Source: Girardia tigrina (lineage: Eukaryota). Taken from it: DNA of 64,000 bases. Numbering within the stretch: position 1 is the stretch's first letter; each line of letters begins with the position of its first letter. The notes beneath the pieces are model-generated. The model did no database searches, was not told where the DNA came from, and worked only from the letters and a program-made list of their open reading frames with translations. This document shows positions 11,496 through 25,739 of this stretch, piece after piece. Position numbers and translations under genes: made by a program. Location: positions 1-64,000 of the forward strand of contig MQRK01216646.1 of NCBI GenBank assembly GCA_001938485.1, in the 5' to 3' direction.

Positions 11496-12790
11496 TTGGG
11501 TTGGCCAAAAAGTCATTGCGTTTTTTACTAAAATATTTATTATCAAAAAATGACATGGATGCACAAATATTTTTACACGATATACTGTCCATTATTTTCA
11601 ATTACTTTCTTCCACCTTTCCGGTAGCTTCATTATTCCTGATTTATAAAAACCTTTGCCTTTGTCAGCAAAAAAGCCGTCTAAGAACGATTTGATGTCAT
11701 CATCACTGGCGAATGTTTTTCTGTTTAAGGAATTCTGCAGTGATCTAAATAAGTGAAAATCCGATGGGGAATCCAAGGGAATCCAAGTCTGGAGAATCCG
11801 GTGGGTGCGGCAAAACCTCCCAACCCAGTGATAAGAGTTTCTGGCGAGTGGTCAAACTTGTATGCGGTCTTGCGTTATCATGCTGAATTACAACTCCTTT
11901 TCGATTTGCCAATTCAGGACGTTCCTGTTGAATTGAATGAGCCAATTTCTCCAGCTGATCACAATATCTGTTTGAATTTAGGGTTTCATTCCTCGGAAGG
12001 AGTTCAAAAAACACAATTCCTTTAAAATCCCACCAGACGGAAAGCATAACCTTCTTTTGGTGAATTTCTGCTTTTGGGATCGTTTTGGCAGGCTCACCAC
12101 NNNNNNNNNNNNNNNNNNNNNNNNNNNNNNNNNNNNNNNNNNNNNNNNNNNNNNNNNNNNNNNNNNNNNNNNNNNNNNNNNNNNNNNNNNNNNNNNNNNN
12201 NNNNNNNNNNNNNNNNNNNNNNNNNNNNNNNNNNNNNNNNNNNNNNNNNNNNNNNNNNNNNNNNNNNNNNNNNNNNNNNNNNNNNNNNNNNCCAAGTTTC
12301 TTTAAATGACTTCCAACACTTGATTTTGATATTTCCAGAGTCTCTGCAACTTCTCTTGTCGTCATATGTGGATTAAATTTGATCAGTGCTGTTATTTTGT
12401 CGCCATCAACATAAACTGGTCGACCGGAGCGTGGTGCATCTTTCAGATGAAATTTTTCAGATCGTAAAAAAAGAAAACCAGTATTGACAATGTCGAAGTT
12501 TTAAGGAGTCACTACCATATACAAAACATATCTTCTTATGAGATTGCACAGCGGTTTTCCCTTTGCGAAAATAATACAACAAAACATGACGAATATGCTC
12601 ATTTTGATTTTCCATTTCGAATTGACGGTAAAGTAATAAATTAAAACAAATTCAATTAATATTTTGTATAAAAGTCTGAAAATTAAGGTTTTAGAATATA
12701 TAATTGAATTTAAATTTTATCACATCGTTTTATATTTTCAAGCTTTGTATTAGGACGTAATCAAAAACGCAATGACTTTTTGGCAAACAA
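11496..12790 (-). mobile_element. mariner (mellifera-like), full length, defective
   Basis: TIRs TTGGGTTGGCCAAAAAGTCATTGCGTTTT. ATG at 12615 (MENQNEHIRHVLLYYFRKGK), then KVMLSVWWD, QHDNARPH, SDFHLFRSL and LPERWKKVIENNGQYIV*. Confidence 0.95.
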
Positions 12791-12949
12791 AGTTTTTAGA
12801 TTTACTAGTTTCATGAAGTTGTCATATTATCATTTATTGTAATAAATTTATAAATTTTTTATAAAGCATGGATAGAAAAAACCAAAACATTTCTATTTAA
12901 TACAGTTTAAACATTTGTGGATCGTATAACGTTTTTTGCAAAAAATATT

Positions 12950-13490
12950 GTGGAGAAAGCAATCGGGTTTAATTGCTTAGCTGAACTGATAAATTACTGC
13001 AACTTCGAGCGAGTTGATTTTTGATTTAAAAATAAAACTTATCAAACTATCACGGCCATGAACCGGATTAAATTTACTGACGCGGTCCGAACCTTTGACC
13101 TTGTGCAGGTGAATACGGACTTGTACTACGATGACATCGCCATCAACGTCGCCGAAATGTCAGTAAATCGAGTTCTAACTGTGTTTCAGGGCGTCGGATT
13201 AGAAGCGAAAGATCCAGTCTCCATAGATGGCGGTCGAGTGTTAGGTCACTTGATTAAGGTGGAAGAAAGCGGCCAATTACGGGGGTCTTGTGACCGAGGA
13301 GTTTCACCGCTGCCTAAGCAAGTCATTCGCCGCAAATTATATGCGTGGACCGGTCGGTTGGTGGGACATTACCCAGTCTGCGTTTGGTTACGGCCGGTGT
13401 GTAGCATTATCAAAAGGATGAACAGCAATTGTGGATGGAATACGGTCGTATAACTGCGAATTGCAGAAATAGCTCAGCAATTGGCGCACT
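12950..13490 (+). mobile_element. Ty3/Gypsy-like remnant with gag start fused by deletion to the RT C-terminus
   Basis: Starts TGTGGAGAAAG. ORF 13058-13453 reads MNRIKFTDAVRTFD, then LYYDDI (RT YxDD), RVLG and GRLVGHYPVCVWLR. Confidence 0.65.
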
Positions 13491-13871
13491 GAGACAAATT
13501 ATATTAGAAAAAAATTTTAAAAAGAGAAATTAGCCAACTCAGCAAAATTTAAACTTTAGAACATTAACCATTGGGAGTCAGTCGATAATAATGCTACCAT
13601 CTTTACTAAGCAAACTGAGATTGACAAAAATGTTGTTAAGGATTTGAATAAAAGTGGAAATGTATCCATACATTTTCACATTTTATTTTCCAGAATCAGT
13701 AAAATTAAATTACGAGAAGAAATAATTGTTATTCCTCAAATTTTCAAAGATTTAACTGTAAGATGCACGGAAGTGAAGTAGATCCATGAGGAAAAGTCAA
13801 GACTATTGCGAATAATTTTTTCGGAAATTAATTACAAATGCCAAAAATATAAAAATGTTTAAACGGTATTA

Positions 13872-15258
13872 TAGGAATTTTCGATCAAATTCGTAATCGT
13901 TGCAACCAGTTTCGTAATCATTAACTATAAATAAATTTCTAAAATTTATAAATTAAAATTTTTATAAAAAAATATTTTTAAGAAATCATTTAATCTTATG
14001 TTAAATAATAATAAAATAATAACAAAATCAATATTATGTTCGTTATTTTGTTGCGATGAAATTTCCGAAAAAGGCATTTTTAAAATAATAATTTTTATTA
14101 AATAATAATTTAATAAAAACAATAAACATATTATTTAATCAAGTTTTGCTTAATTAAATTTCCGAGGAACGATTTTTAATTTTTCTTGCACAAACCAATA
14201 ATATCTAAATAATTATAAAAATATAAAATATATTAATTTATTATTTTTGAAATTTTATATTGTATTTAATTTTTTAATTTAAAAAATATTATAAACATAA
14301 ACTATTCTCAAATATTTTATATTAATTCTTGTATTTAATTATACATAAATTGTTTTTAAATATTGTATTTTCTTTTGAATAATCATTTTATTAAACTTCC
14401 TTAAAATTTAATATTTCTTATGATATTTAGTTTTTTTATTTTTATTTACTTTTAAAGTTTACTAAATTCTTTTACAATATTTTCCAGATCTTATATTTAA
14501 TCCGTTTTCAAATCTATCTTATTAATTTTATTATTTTAAATTTAATTCGTTTTTTAAATCTATTTAATAAAAAATTTCATTATTTCAAATTTTATCTAAA
14601 ACATTTTTAAAAATTATTAATATTGAAACTTTATACCGCATTTTATTGTATTTACTTATTTTACAATAAATTTCTATTTTTTACTTTTATAATTAAATAG
14701 TTATTAAAAACGTTTTTATCTTTAATTCAACAATTTAAGCGAAACTTAAAAATCCTCACAATCAATAAGAACCAACAAGACAGAACATGAACATATCAGA
14801 CAACGATCAGAGTGAAAGAACACTAATGAGCTCGGGTGTTCAAATATCCCTTTTACAAGGGTCTCAAGAGGCAGTAACCAGCAATATGCAGCAAGAACCA
14901 CAGAATGATATGAACGTTCCGACTCAATTTATAGGAAAATGTTGGGATACATTACAACATCATTGGACAGAGAAAAAAATCAATGAATAAAAATTATGAA
15001 TAAAATCTGTTAAATAAATTTTGATTAACAACATTCTTATTTTTTTTAGTTTATATAAATTTAATGCAATTTTTATTATTTTTTATATAACCCAATAATT
15101 ATTATAATTTTTATAATTTAGTTGCAATTTAATTTATATTTTAAATAATGTTGCATAAAAAATTTTAATGATTACGAAAATAATTGCAATTCTACGATAT
15201 TGATTACCAGGATTACGAAACTGATTGTAACATTTACAAAATTTATCGAAAAATCCTA
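13872..15258. mobile_element. Non-autonomous TIR element (MITE-like, about 1.39 kb)
   Basis: About 50-bp TIRs TAGGA(A/T)TTTTCGAT.AA.TT.GTAA..GTT.CAA.CAGTTTCGTAATC, TA-flanked at both ends, with an AT-rich interior. Confidence 0.75.
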
Positions 15259-17488
15259 TACATAGAAATGTTTTAGTTTTTTTCCTTCCATGCTTTATAA
15301 TAAATTTATTATGTTATAAATAAATATTTAAGTACTAGATGGAGTTAAAAAATGCTTTATATGACATTTCATCTACTACAAAAGATTCTAATAGTTAATA
15401 ATAACGGGTCTAGGACAACATTTACCCCTCATAGAAAACCCCCAAAACAACGTATGAACTGCTAAAATTTGAGTGCAATATACTTGATCACCTAACCCTA
15501 AACAAACGCCTAACTCTAACCCTAACTTGGGTCTCTATTGTTGGTTCTTTATTATTTTTTTGCAAGGAAGGATTGATCTATAGGGGATTTTTTTTCAAAA
15601 ATTTGAGTATTTAAAGTATGAGGGAGTGAACAGACTTATGAACAGACTGTATATCACAAAATTCATTATAATAGAATAAAACATTGTTTAAACATTCGCA
15701 AAAATCCTTTACATAATCTTTATTGTAAAAATCTCACTGTCATTTCTTTTTTTTGTCGCTGTTATTTAATGGCTACTATTAGTCTGCTAACATTATTTTT
15801 AATTAACAGCTACAAAATAGCAGAATATCATATAGCATAGCTCTCGTGGAACATGCATAATTACTTTTTGAATTTGTATATTTGCTTTGGAATTTTATTC
15901 TTGACGTTCCACATCAAGAACATTTATTATGGACATTGATGATGGAATTACTTGAATTGGTAAAAAACATCAAAAAATATTCAAAGAAACAACAAAACTT
16001 TGTTAGTAAATTTTAACAATTTAAAAAGTTTTAGCGCCCCATCCGGGGGCTCGCTCCTTAGTTTGCGCACTTCTGAGTTCTGCGACAAGGATTTTTAAAA
16101 CAATGCTTTTTTAACATTAATTTAATTTTTATATAAATTTTATTAAAATTTTGTTTAACTGAGTTTTTTAATAGAATTTCGGAACACAACAATAATATTT
16201 TAAATTGAAATTATACTACTAAATCTAATTTTAATCTTTTATTTAAACTGACACATTTTAATGTGTAAACACATTTTTTTTTCGATTTTTGATAGTTTTA
16301 AAATGACGTTGTTGTCAATACGCCACATTAATTTGTTTTAGTATCGAAGGAAGTATGACAATGTTTCCTCTTTTATCGAATATTAATTATCAAAAGCTTT
16401 TAAATTTTTAAAAATAAAATTTCTTTTCTATGATAAAAATTTTATTAACATTATAATATCAATTTCTAAATATTACGAAATTCAAATTAGAAAATAATAA
16501 TAACATTAACTAGTAAATAATTCTTTAAAACATTTATATATTTTGTTGAAATTTAAGTAATGAATATATTCTAAACTAAAAGCAAACAATTTTTTTCCAT
16601 TCTTAAAGACTATCTCTAAAACTAAAAAAATAAATAAATTCATTAATTGATAAAAATTCTTGTAGAAATATTAAACTTACTTGTTGGACAGCAACGACAG
16701 CCGGCGTTGCTAATAATTGAATTAGGTATAGCTACTGGGATTTTAAATGCATAAAAATATTATATTTTGACAAAAAATAGTTTACAAATGGAAAAAAAAT
16801 AAAAACAAAATTTAAAATTTCAAAACAAATAACAAAATAATTAAATAAATATATTTAAATAATTAATTAAGAAAATAAAATATTAAAAATTAGCAAAAAT
16901 TATAATGAAAATTAATTAATGAAAATAAAATTAAAATAAATTTATGAATTTTTCAAATTATCATTATACAAATTTTTAAACATGATTTTAAAAATCGTTT
17001 AATGATAATTATTTATTTAAGAAGACAAATCCATCGAATTTATATTCTTACTTTAATAGAAATTAAAAATAATGAAATCTATATGGTAATTATATTAATA
17101 TAAAAAACAAAGGAAAGAGAAAAAGAAATGATTTGAAATCGATCACAAAAGACTAGAAAGTATGACCGGTAGATGTTAGCTGAAAATTCGCAGAAATCAC
17201 TAATATAATTATTCCAGAATCAAGACTGCTCAGAAGTTCGTGAACAATGTCAGCTAGATTTTACATAGAATGTTTGGAAGAGATTTGACCCACAAAGGAA
17301 TTATTGATACAATTAATCACATTGCTTGAACAACTTGAAACGAGGACTGGATTTAATTATTTTGACACAGATACAATTCTTCCACCTTGCAACAATCAAA
17401 TCAATTGATATTATTTCAGATTGAAGACTTTAATGTTTATTAGGCAATGAGTAATCGCCTTATTTATTTATATTTTCCATTATATATA

Positions 17489-19139
17489 CTACCAAAATTC
17501 ATATGTATTCGGACACGTAAAATAATTCTTATTAAAAATTCTAAATTATAAATAATATACACTTATTTGTATTATAGATGAATCAATTTGATATTTTACG
17601 ATAATCTAAATACAATTCTAAAATAATTTGAAGAAATCAAATCAAAAAGTTAACTAATAAAAATTTTATTCGCATTTTTTTTCTCAAATTCAAAAGAATT
17701 CGGACACCTACTATTTAAAATCTTGTAACATCGCCCTTTGCTTTTATGACATCTTCCATTCTTCTATTTATTGAATTTTATTTCTATAAATCCTGACATT
17801 TATCAATGGGAAAACTATTCCATATTACTAAAATTTTATTCTTCAAATCAATTTTATTTTTAGGACGTATTTTTCGTAATTCCTTTTTCATAATTTCCCA
17901 AACATTCTCTATGGGACTTAAATCTGCGCTTCCTGAAGGCCATGTCCAGAAAGACATATTATTTTTCATCATCCAAGTTTTTGTAAATTTAGAAGTATGA
18001 CAAGATGCTCCATCTTGTTGAAAAATGAAATCTCCATTGTCAAAATATTGTGTAATAGATCGGATGAGACTTTCCCTTAATATCTCGGTATACTTTGTAG
18101 AGTTCATTGTGGCCTATATAAAGTGAAGACTGCCAAGTCATTTGCTTGTCATACAACCCCAAATCATTACACTTTCTGGAAGTTTCAGAGTTCGGTTTAA
18201 ACAGTCCGATAATAATGACTCGGTACTAAGTCTTGAGACCTATTTTCCATTTTCGCCCATGGACAATTCAAAACGAGATCTTTCTGAAAAATAACTTTAT
18301 TCCAATCATTTTGGCTCCATTTACTATAATCAAGAGCCCATTCAAATCTCTTTCTTTTGAATAGGTGACATAAACGGTTTGTTTTTAGCCTTAAAGAAGT
18401 GTTACGTAATGTATATAATTTATTAAGAAAATCTCACCTTGTAGAATGAATAATTTAATTCATGTATTCGACGTAGACAAGTGGACGAAGAAGAAGAAAT
18501 ACCTTTTTGCATACTCCATTTCTCGTTGATTTCTTGAACAGTAGCACGACGATATTGAGGAATTAACCTCTTTAAACACCGGTTATCAGTAGCGGAAGTC
18601 AACTTTGGTCGTCCAGATTTCTATGCGATGAGTTATTCTGACAGTATTTAGCTTTTTAAATGTTATCGAACACCGTCGATTTACTTATCTCTAAAATTTT
18701 TTGAAATTTCCCTTACTGATATTCCTTTAACATGCATGGCAAATATTTTCTCACGCATTTCCGTATGCATCTTTTTCCTACGAACTATATTTTAAAAATA
18801 ACGAAAATTTAATCGACTGAAATATTTAAACAATAATAACTACATGTGTTTTTACTAATAATCCATATTGAATTTAAAATAATTCATTGCATATTATAAT
18901 TTTTATTAAGTGTCCGAATTCTTTTGAATTGAATTTGAGAACAAATTTTTAAATGCGAATAAAATTTTTATTAGTTAACTTTTTGATTTGATTTCTTCAA
19001 ATTAATTTAGAATTGTATTTAGATTATCGTAAAATATCAAATTGATTCATCTATAATACAAATAAGTGCATATTATTTATAATTTAGAATTTTTAATAAG
19101 AATTATTTTACGTGTCAGAATACATATGAATTTGGGTAG
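17489..19139 (-). mobile_element. Minos-like Tc1 element with IR/DR long TIRs and an intron
   Basis: About 220-bp TIRs, each with two direct repeats (AATTCA.A.G.ATTCGGACAC), and TA TSD. N-terminus (M)VRRKKMHTEMREKI resembles Minos MVRGKPISKEIR. A 48-bp GT..AG intron (18390-18437) splits FYK|AKNKP. FQQDGASCH..SADLSPIENVW gives DD34E. Confidence 0.93.
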
Positions 19140-20229
19140 TATATATTGATAACCTATGTCTGTATGTATATATGTATATCCGTAGCGCTCAATTATTATC
19201 TAATTACTATAATAATCAGTATATATAATATTTTTTCATTTATTCTTTCAATTTCTTAATAAATGAGGTTTAGGGTAAGGAGTAGAGTTAATAAAGTTTA
19301 TTCTGTGCTGAGTTGCATTTGTTTAAAGTTTAGGTTCAAAATCCTGCACTGCCTTTGCAACAAGCTAATATTTCTTTAATTTATCCTTTAATTAGTGTTA
19401 CAACCAGGAGGAAATCTAGACCTGAATTTGTATTAATTAGACCAAATTTACCTTTTAGTTATCTGGTATCAAATAAATAAAAAAACAAACTAACACTTGA
19501 CAATAATAATTATAGTGTATCTAAACGTTAAAACGGAAAGAGTTGAAAAAAGAAGTAGAAATGAATCACGATTGGAAAAACAACAAGTCACGTTGATTAT
19601 AAGGGAATAAGTATCTACTTAAAAATACTTTGAATATCGATAGTTCTTCGAAAAACTGTTGTGATATCTATCAAGTATATTAATAAATATTCGGGCTTCC
19701 TGAATGAAGAGAGCTCGCAATTGAAAGAAGTTTGTTTCGATATTTATGGTTGTTGTTATAAAGTATTTAGTTTTTACAAAATTCAGGAATAAAAGGATTT
19801 CTTTACAGAATGAAGCTGATTCTTTTAATGAGTTTTCTTTTTTTGTTGGGTGTAAATCTAATGAATTAAATCGAATCTTGTAGTAATATATTTTGTATTA
19901 TAATACAAATTAGAATATTAATTTATTGATTTAAACTTGTATTACTAGGTAATACTTAATTATTATTAGGGTAATTATTATTTATTTTTAATTTAATGTT
20001 TATTTATTTCTATTTTTTTTTCTTGTTATCCAAAATCAACCAACACGAGTCTGGAGAAATTATTGATGTCACGATAATTAGTATATTTTATTTCTGATAT
20101 GAATATAAATTAATTTAATTGACATAATCTAAGTTATTTTAACTATTAGTATCAACTACATTATACAAATGTTTATGTATATGTAGTGTAATTTTATTAG
20201 TAATAATTGATTCCAGAAATAGATCAAAA

Positions 20230-20454
20230 ATGTAGATTCTTTGCAAGAATGAACGGAATTTGTTCACAGATATTTTAATTTATTTTTATTTGAGAAAACT
20301 TTTCACTGTATTAAGAAAATGTCGTACAGAGGAAGAGCTTAGAGAAACTTAATTAAATACTTAACAATTGTATCTCTTCACTGGATCGAGTGTCGGCATA
20401 TTAAACCGAATTAATTTTCTTTAGTTGAATGTTTTCTATTCAATTTATGTCGTA

Positions 20455-20503
<49 letters not shown>

Positions 20504-20647
20504 CAATAAAAATATGGTATGTGATTAATATGCTCGTTTCCAATAAAAACAATCGCCATTTTTTGGGGGTGGTGGGTGGATGGGTGCCGCGAAATTTTAA
20601 AATTGAATATTGGGGTTCCGCCCCTGAAAAAAAGTTGGGAAACCCTG
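20230..20647 (+). mobile_element. hAT 3' remnant
   Basis: Ends GTTGGGAAACCCTG (reverse complement CAGGGTTTCCCAAC) followed by the nnnTAnnn target GACTAGTA. Decayed dimerization-domain-like text lies upstream and a (TA)n is inserted. Confidence 0.6.
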
Positions 20648-21046
20648 GACTAGTAAATCTGGGGAATTCTTCTTCAGCACTTGCAAGCAGTGCGCAACGA
20701 TATTACCACGGTTGAGGAAATTAAGTACTTTAATACTTGCCGGACAGAACATCAACATAAAGTGATTCTCAAGGTTCCTGTATTTCACGTCTTCAAAAGT
20801 GTTGCAACAATTACGGAGGACATTTTGAACATCTCTGAATATCAAACTTATTTAAGTAAATATAATTGTCTTCCTTTATCACGTGTTTAATAAAATACAC
20901 TTTGGTTTCATAATATCTGTAATATCTCCCGATATTTTCTTATGTATTTTTATTATATTTCTTGTCCATAATTATTTGTTCATTGTCTGTGGTGTGTTTG
21001 TGATTTTTGGGAAGTGTTGACCTGTATATGTTGTTTGAAATGTGTG

Positions 21047-21503
21047 TGTTAAGAGAACTCACACATTTGTCAGAACATTTATTATATTCACAATTTTTAT
21101 CATCTTTATGATGATCAACAGTAAGGCTTTCACTAGATTCCATCAATCAATTTTTCAATATNNNNNNNNNNNNNNNNNNNNNNNNNNNNNNNNNNNNNNN
21201 NNNNNNNNNNNNNNNNNNNNNNNNNNNNNNNNNNNNNNNNNNNNNNNNNNNNNNNNNNNNNNNNNNNNNNNNNNNNNNNNNNNNNNNNNNNNNNNNNNNN
21301 NNNNNNNNNNNNNNNNNNNNNNNNNNNNNNNNNNNNNNNNNNNNNNNNNNNNNNNNNNNNNNNNNNNNNNNNNNNNNNNNNNNNNNNNNAAATTAAATAT
21401 TGACAATCCATCTGGTTAGGAGAGGCACAATCCCAAATCAACATACAACATTTAAACATACAAAAACTACACAAAAACATCCACACACCAAATATTCCTC
21501 ACA
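21047..21503 (-). mobile_element. Solo LTR family copy 3
   Basis: TGTTAAGA...TCCTCACA on the + strand with a perfect 5-bp TSD GTGTG/GTGTG. The middle falls in an N-gap. Confidence 0.85.
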
Positions 21504-22637
21504 GTGTGTATAGACGAAGAGATGAAAATATTTTTCGAAAAAGAAAAATAAAGAATATTTTGACCAATAATCAAATTTCAATTAAAAGTGGAATCAACTT
21601 AAATCAGTACAGCCTGGTGCTAATCATTTTGTCCTATACAGACTGTAAAGTGACAACTTTACTTAATCAATAAATTATTTTAATTCAATTTTGTTGAGTT
21701 AAAAATAATGATTTTTAATTTAATTTTTGTTAAATTAAAAATAATGATTTTTTTATCGATTGTTTAAATAGATAGATTTAGTTATTAATAAACTTTTCAA
21801 ATAACTGATCTTGTCTTTTATTTATTTAAATTATTCAATATTTAAATAATGCAAGAAGATTACACAGACCTATACCAAAACTAAACCAAAGAAATGTATT
21901 TCAGTTAAAGCATTCTCAGTTTGTGAAGACACTCTAACATCCAATATCACATCGTTTACTTTGTCAAACGACGCGGCAGTTATAAATAACTTTACAAAAA
22001 ACCGATAATCACTTTATTTAACAAATGTTCGAAAAGATCTAACAGTTCTCAAAGGAATATGAAAAATGTCAATGAAGTAGATTTAATATCCAAATCGGGG
22101 AAGTTATCCATTACAGCTGTTTCTTCCATTGCCGGAGATCACCATACTTATTCTTTACGGCAGTTGGATGTTAATTTTTTGATAATAATAAGTTTTCAAG
22201 TCAAAGGAAAGTTATTACTTATCATTCTGGTAGTAATAGTGAAATAAAAGAAATCAATAAAGCAATTAATAAATAATAATAATTACTTACTAAGTTATGT
22301 GGATATGTTTATATTATGTTTGATGTATTGCCTAATTAAAGTTCGTCATATAATCGTTTTTTTTATTTTTTCGGTTATTTTTTTGCATTAGTTTGAATAT
22401 TGTTTATCTATTTTTTATAACAATAGTAAAAATAGTGAATTTGTGTAAATCAGTGAAATTACTATTTTTACAATATCATTTGGTTTTCTACTGGGAACCC
22501 TGTATCACTATTAGAAGCATCTAGTTTCTTCTAATATTGATCTCTGATCAGTTATTTAAATAAGAACCTTTTATTGAGAAAGAGTCAGTATCTGATTTAG
22601 CAATATAAAAATTTCCAATACCATATTAATTATTTTA

Positions 22638-22683
<46 letters not shown>

Positions 22684-25600
22684 TTATACTTGTATGATAA
22701 TATGTAGCCACTGAAAGTATGGCTTCCCAGACGAAACTGATACGACAAGTATACATAAATTAGTAAATTTAATTATTTACAATCACTTTCAATGTTAAAA
22801 AAACAGAAAACCGTCACTTTATTATTCATTTTTATTGAAAAACATATTTCGTCATTTTTTGGCCAGCTTAGAAAATCAAAGAAAAACTTTCAGTCAACAA
22901 TACCGAATCGTTCCGATAAGGAATGTTGTAAGGTATTTTGCTAAAGCATGTAATCCTTTTAGTGCTTCAAGGAAGAATGTAAACATTTTTGATACTTTTT
23001 ACTTTTCTTAAATTAACTTCTTAATTAAATCTCGAATTGTTTTAATGTGATTTTTAATTTGAACTTCAAGTTCATATAATTAAACAAAATATTACATTTA
23101 ATATTAAGTTACATTTTATATTAATAAGTATGTGTTATATTATCAATATAATAAAATTAATTTTTCTAAAATTTTACTTCGATTTTTTTCCGTTTTATTA
23201 ATTTTTAATTAATTTAAACAACATCCTTTTAATTTAAATTATTTAAGGATTGTTAATAACACTGAAATCTGTAATAGATTGAATTTAATTAACAAAGAAA
23301 ATTAAACTTTTAAATTGAATTAATTTATATTTTAATCACATCATTCTTTTAAGGATGTGATTTTTTTATATATATTTTTAATACAAACTTTTTATGTAAT
23401 ATTATAAATTTAAAAACCAATAAAAAACTTTATTTCAAAATATAAATTGATTCATAGTGATTGGATTTAAATTTAGAATTATATAAGTAAATAAAATAAA
23501 AAGAAGATACCTCTTATTGTAGTTATATATTCAATTCCCCTACTCAGGCTTTATTAAAAGAATGTAAAAAATTCGTAGTCGAATCTGGAAAGTAACAGAA
23601 ATAAGTTTTAAACACTTGCGAATCAATTTTCGGCCAAAAAATTCTAGATCCTAAAATAAAAAAGGGAGTGGACTCATCTTTGAAATTTAAAAAATATTGT
23701 CTATTAATTAGCAAACATTTCCGTTCGATTAGTTTCTAGTTATAATAATTTAACTCTAAGCGCTTGAACTACACCGCCTTCGCAAAAGTATTCGACGCCA
23801 CGGTATTATTATGAAATATAGTGCAAGTCTGATTGTTTGAATATTATTTTAATATAACAAAAAAACCAATAAAAATTAAAATTAATAACTAGTTACCGTG
23901 TGTTTTTTTCATAAATTTTTGAAATTAAATATTTAAAAATATGTTTTGTAAATTTAAATATTTGAAAACTTTAGGTTTACAAAGATTTTAAATTAAAAAT
24001 TAAAAGGAAACATTATTATTCAAACATTATTATAAAAATGCAAATTTATAAGAATATAAAATCCAAATGAAACGGTTAGTTTTAGATTTTTAAAGAAGAT
24101 GCTTTAAATAAAAAAATTATTATTGAATTTTCTTACATGAAAATTTTTTTAAAAACAATAATTAATAGTTTTAAAATGATTAAATTAAATTAAATGATTA
24201 AAAATTAAATGATCTTTAAATGATTAAATTTTAATAAAAGAAATATTTTAAAATTAATTTTGTGAATTCCAAAAACAAAGAAATAATAAATTATGTATTC
24301 ATATTTATCTTTATGTGCAAAAGAAAAAAAATATTCCTCGAAAATTTGTTCGGATAATGTTTTTATGTTATACCAATATAATTTTAAAGTTATAAATTTA
24401 AATTTTGATATCAAACCTAACACTGCTTCTTCATCCAAATATAGTTTTCCTAAAATGTAGTTCTTGGAGGTACTCTTTGAAGACGAAGGTTCGTGAACTA
24501 ACTGAAACTCAGTATGTCATCAAAATTGACTGAAATTTAATTGGAATGTCTCAGAAACAGATAGTCGTCTTAACTAGTCACCCCAAACTATTAAAGCAGA
24601 TGCAAGACGCTCATTCGAAACGAAATAAAATTCTCTGTCCAGTAATGGACTGAAAAAATTGTAACACGAGAGACAATTGGACTTCAAAATTAAAAAACAC
24701 TAAAAATATTATCTATAAACTTAAATTTTTTATATATAATTTCTTTCAAAAGTTCTTTCAATTTAATTAGTAAAATATTATCATTACACTATAATAAAAA
24801 ACTTATTTTATAACACTTATTTTATTTTAATCAGTAAAAATATTATTTTTTAATTTATCTCAAATATAATTATGATTTTTAATTTAAAAATATCAAAAAA
24901 TTACAGTTCGCCAAAAAGAACCCCTACGAAAGACGAACACAAACTTACTCATAAAATTTTGAAACACATTTTAAATACTATTTATTATTTGTAAAATCGA
25001 AGGTAGTTTAATTTTTTGTAAGGATAACTTCTTCTTGAGTACTTTTTTACAGATTATTTTTTTTAAAATAGTTTTATCTTAGTTATAAACATTTTGTCTT
25101 AAGTGTAGTTTTGAGACCCCAAAATAAGTAAGACATGAGCTAAATTAACTAAAAGAGCAAGCAATGCTTCATAAAGGATTTAGAAAATAATTTAGGATGA
25201 ATGCTGAAAAATAAAAGTTCTACAAATCGAATTTAGCAATTTTCAAATTATCAAAACTCAAAAAGTAAAAATGATGTTCAATTGATGAATATTTTATTAT
25301 CCAATTTTTATTTGATAATATTTACATAATACATTTAATTTTCATTTAATTATATCTTGCTAGATTATATAAAAATAAATATCCTAAAAAGAAATTATAT
25401 CATTACATATTTATTCTGTAACTGTCAAAAGAACCGAAAAAAATATTCAAAACTATATTATAATGAAACGGATCACTGACCATAACGAACTTATCTTCCA
25501 GTACAAAGATTTCCGAGATCAAACGCATTTAACCAGAAAAATATCAAACAGAGATAAATCAATTTTTTACGAATACAAATTAAAGGTATTCAATATATGT

Positions 25601-25739
25601 TACATACATTTCCTTTTTCGTTTTATAAATATCAAGTAAATTAACATTTTTCATGCTAAAATAAAATTTAAAAATTAATTCATATATATATATATATATA
25701 AAATAAAAATAACAAACGCCATTTTAAAAGTTTTTTATT

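Larger units (their letters stand above)
12805..15380. mobile_element. Old TIR element with long degenerate TIRs, hosting a Gypsy remnant and a MITE
   Basis: 12830-12920 (ATAAAGCATGGA..AAAACATTTCTATTTAATACAGTTTAAACATTT) is the inverted match of 13850-13871 joined to 15259-15320 once the MITE is removed. The exact termini are unclear. Confidence 0.5.

Noticed and set aside
15490-15530. Telomere-like CCCTAA repeats
   Set aside because: Only a few degenerate units, inside what looks like a decayed non-autonomous transposon. Not a telomeric array.
19300-19495. tRNA/SINE-like element (GGTTCAAAATCC B-box-like, A-rich tail)
   Set aside because: No cloverleaf, a weak A-box and no second copy in the window. 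Too weak to call.
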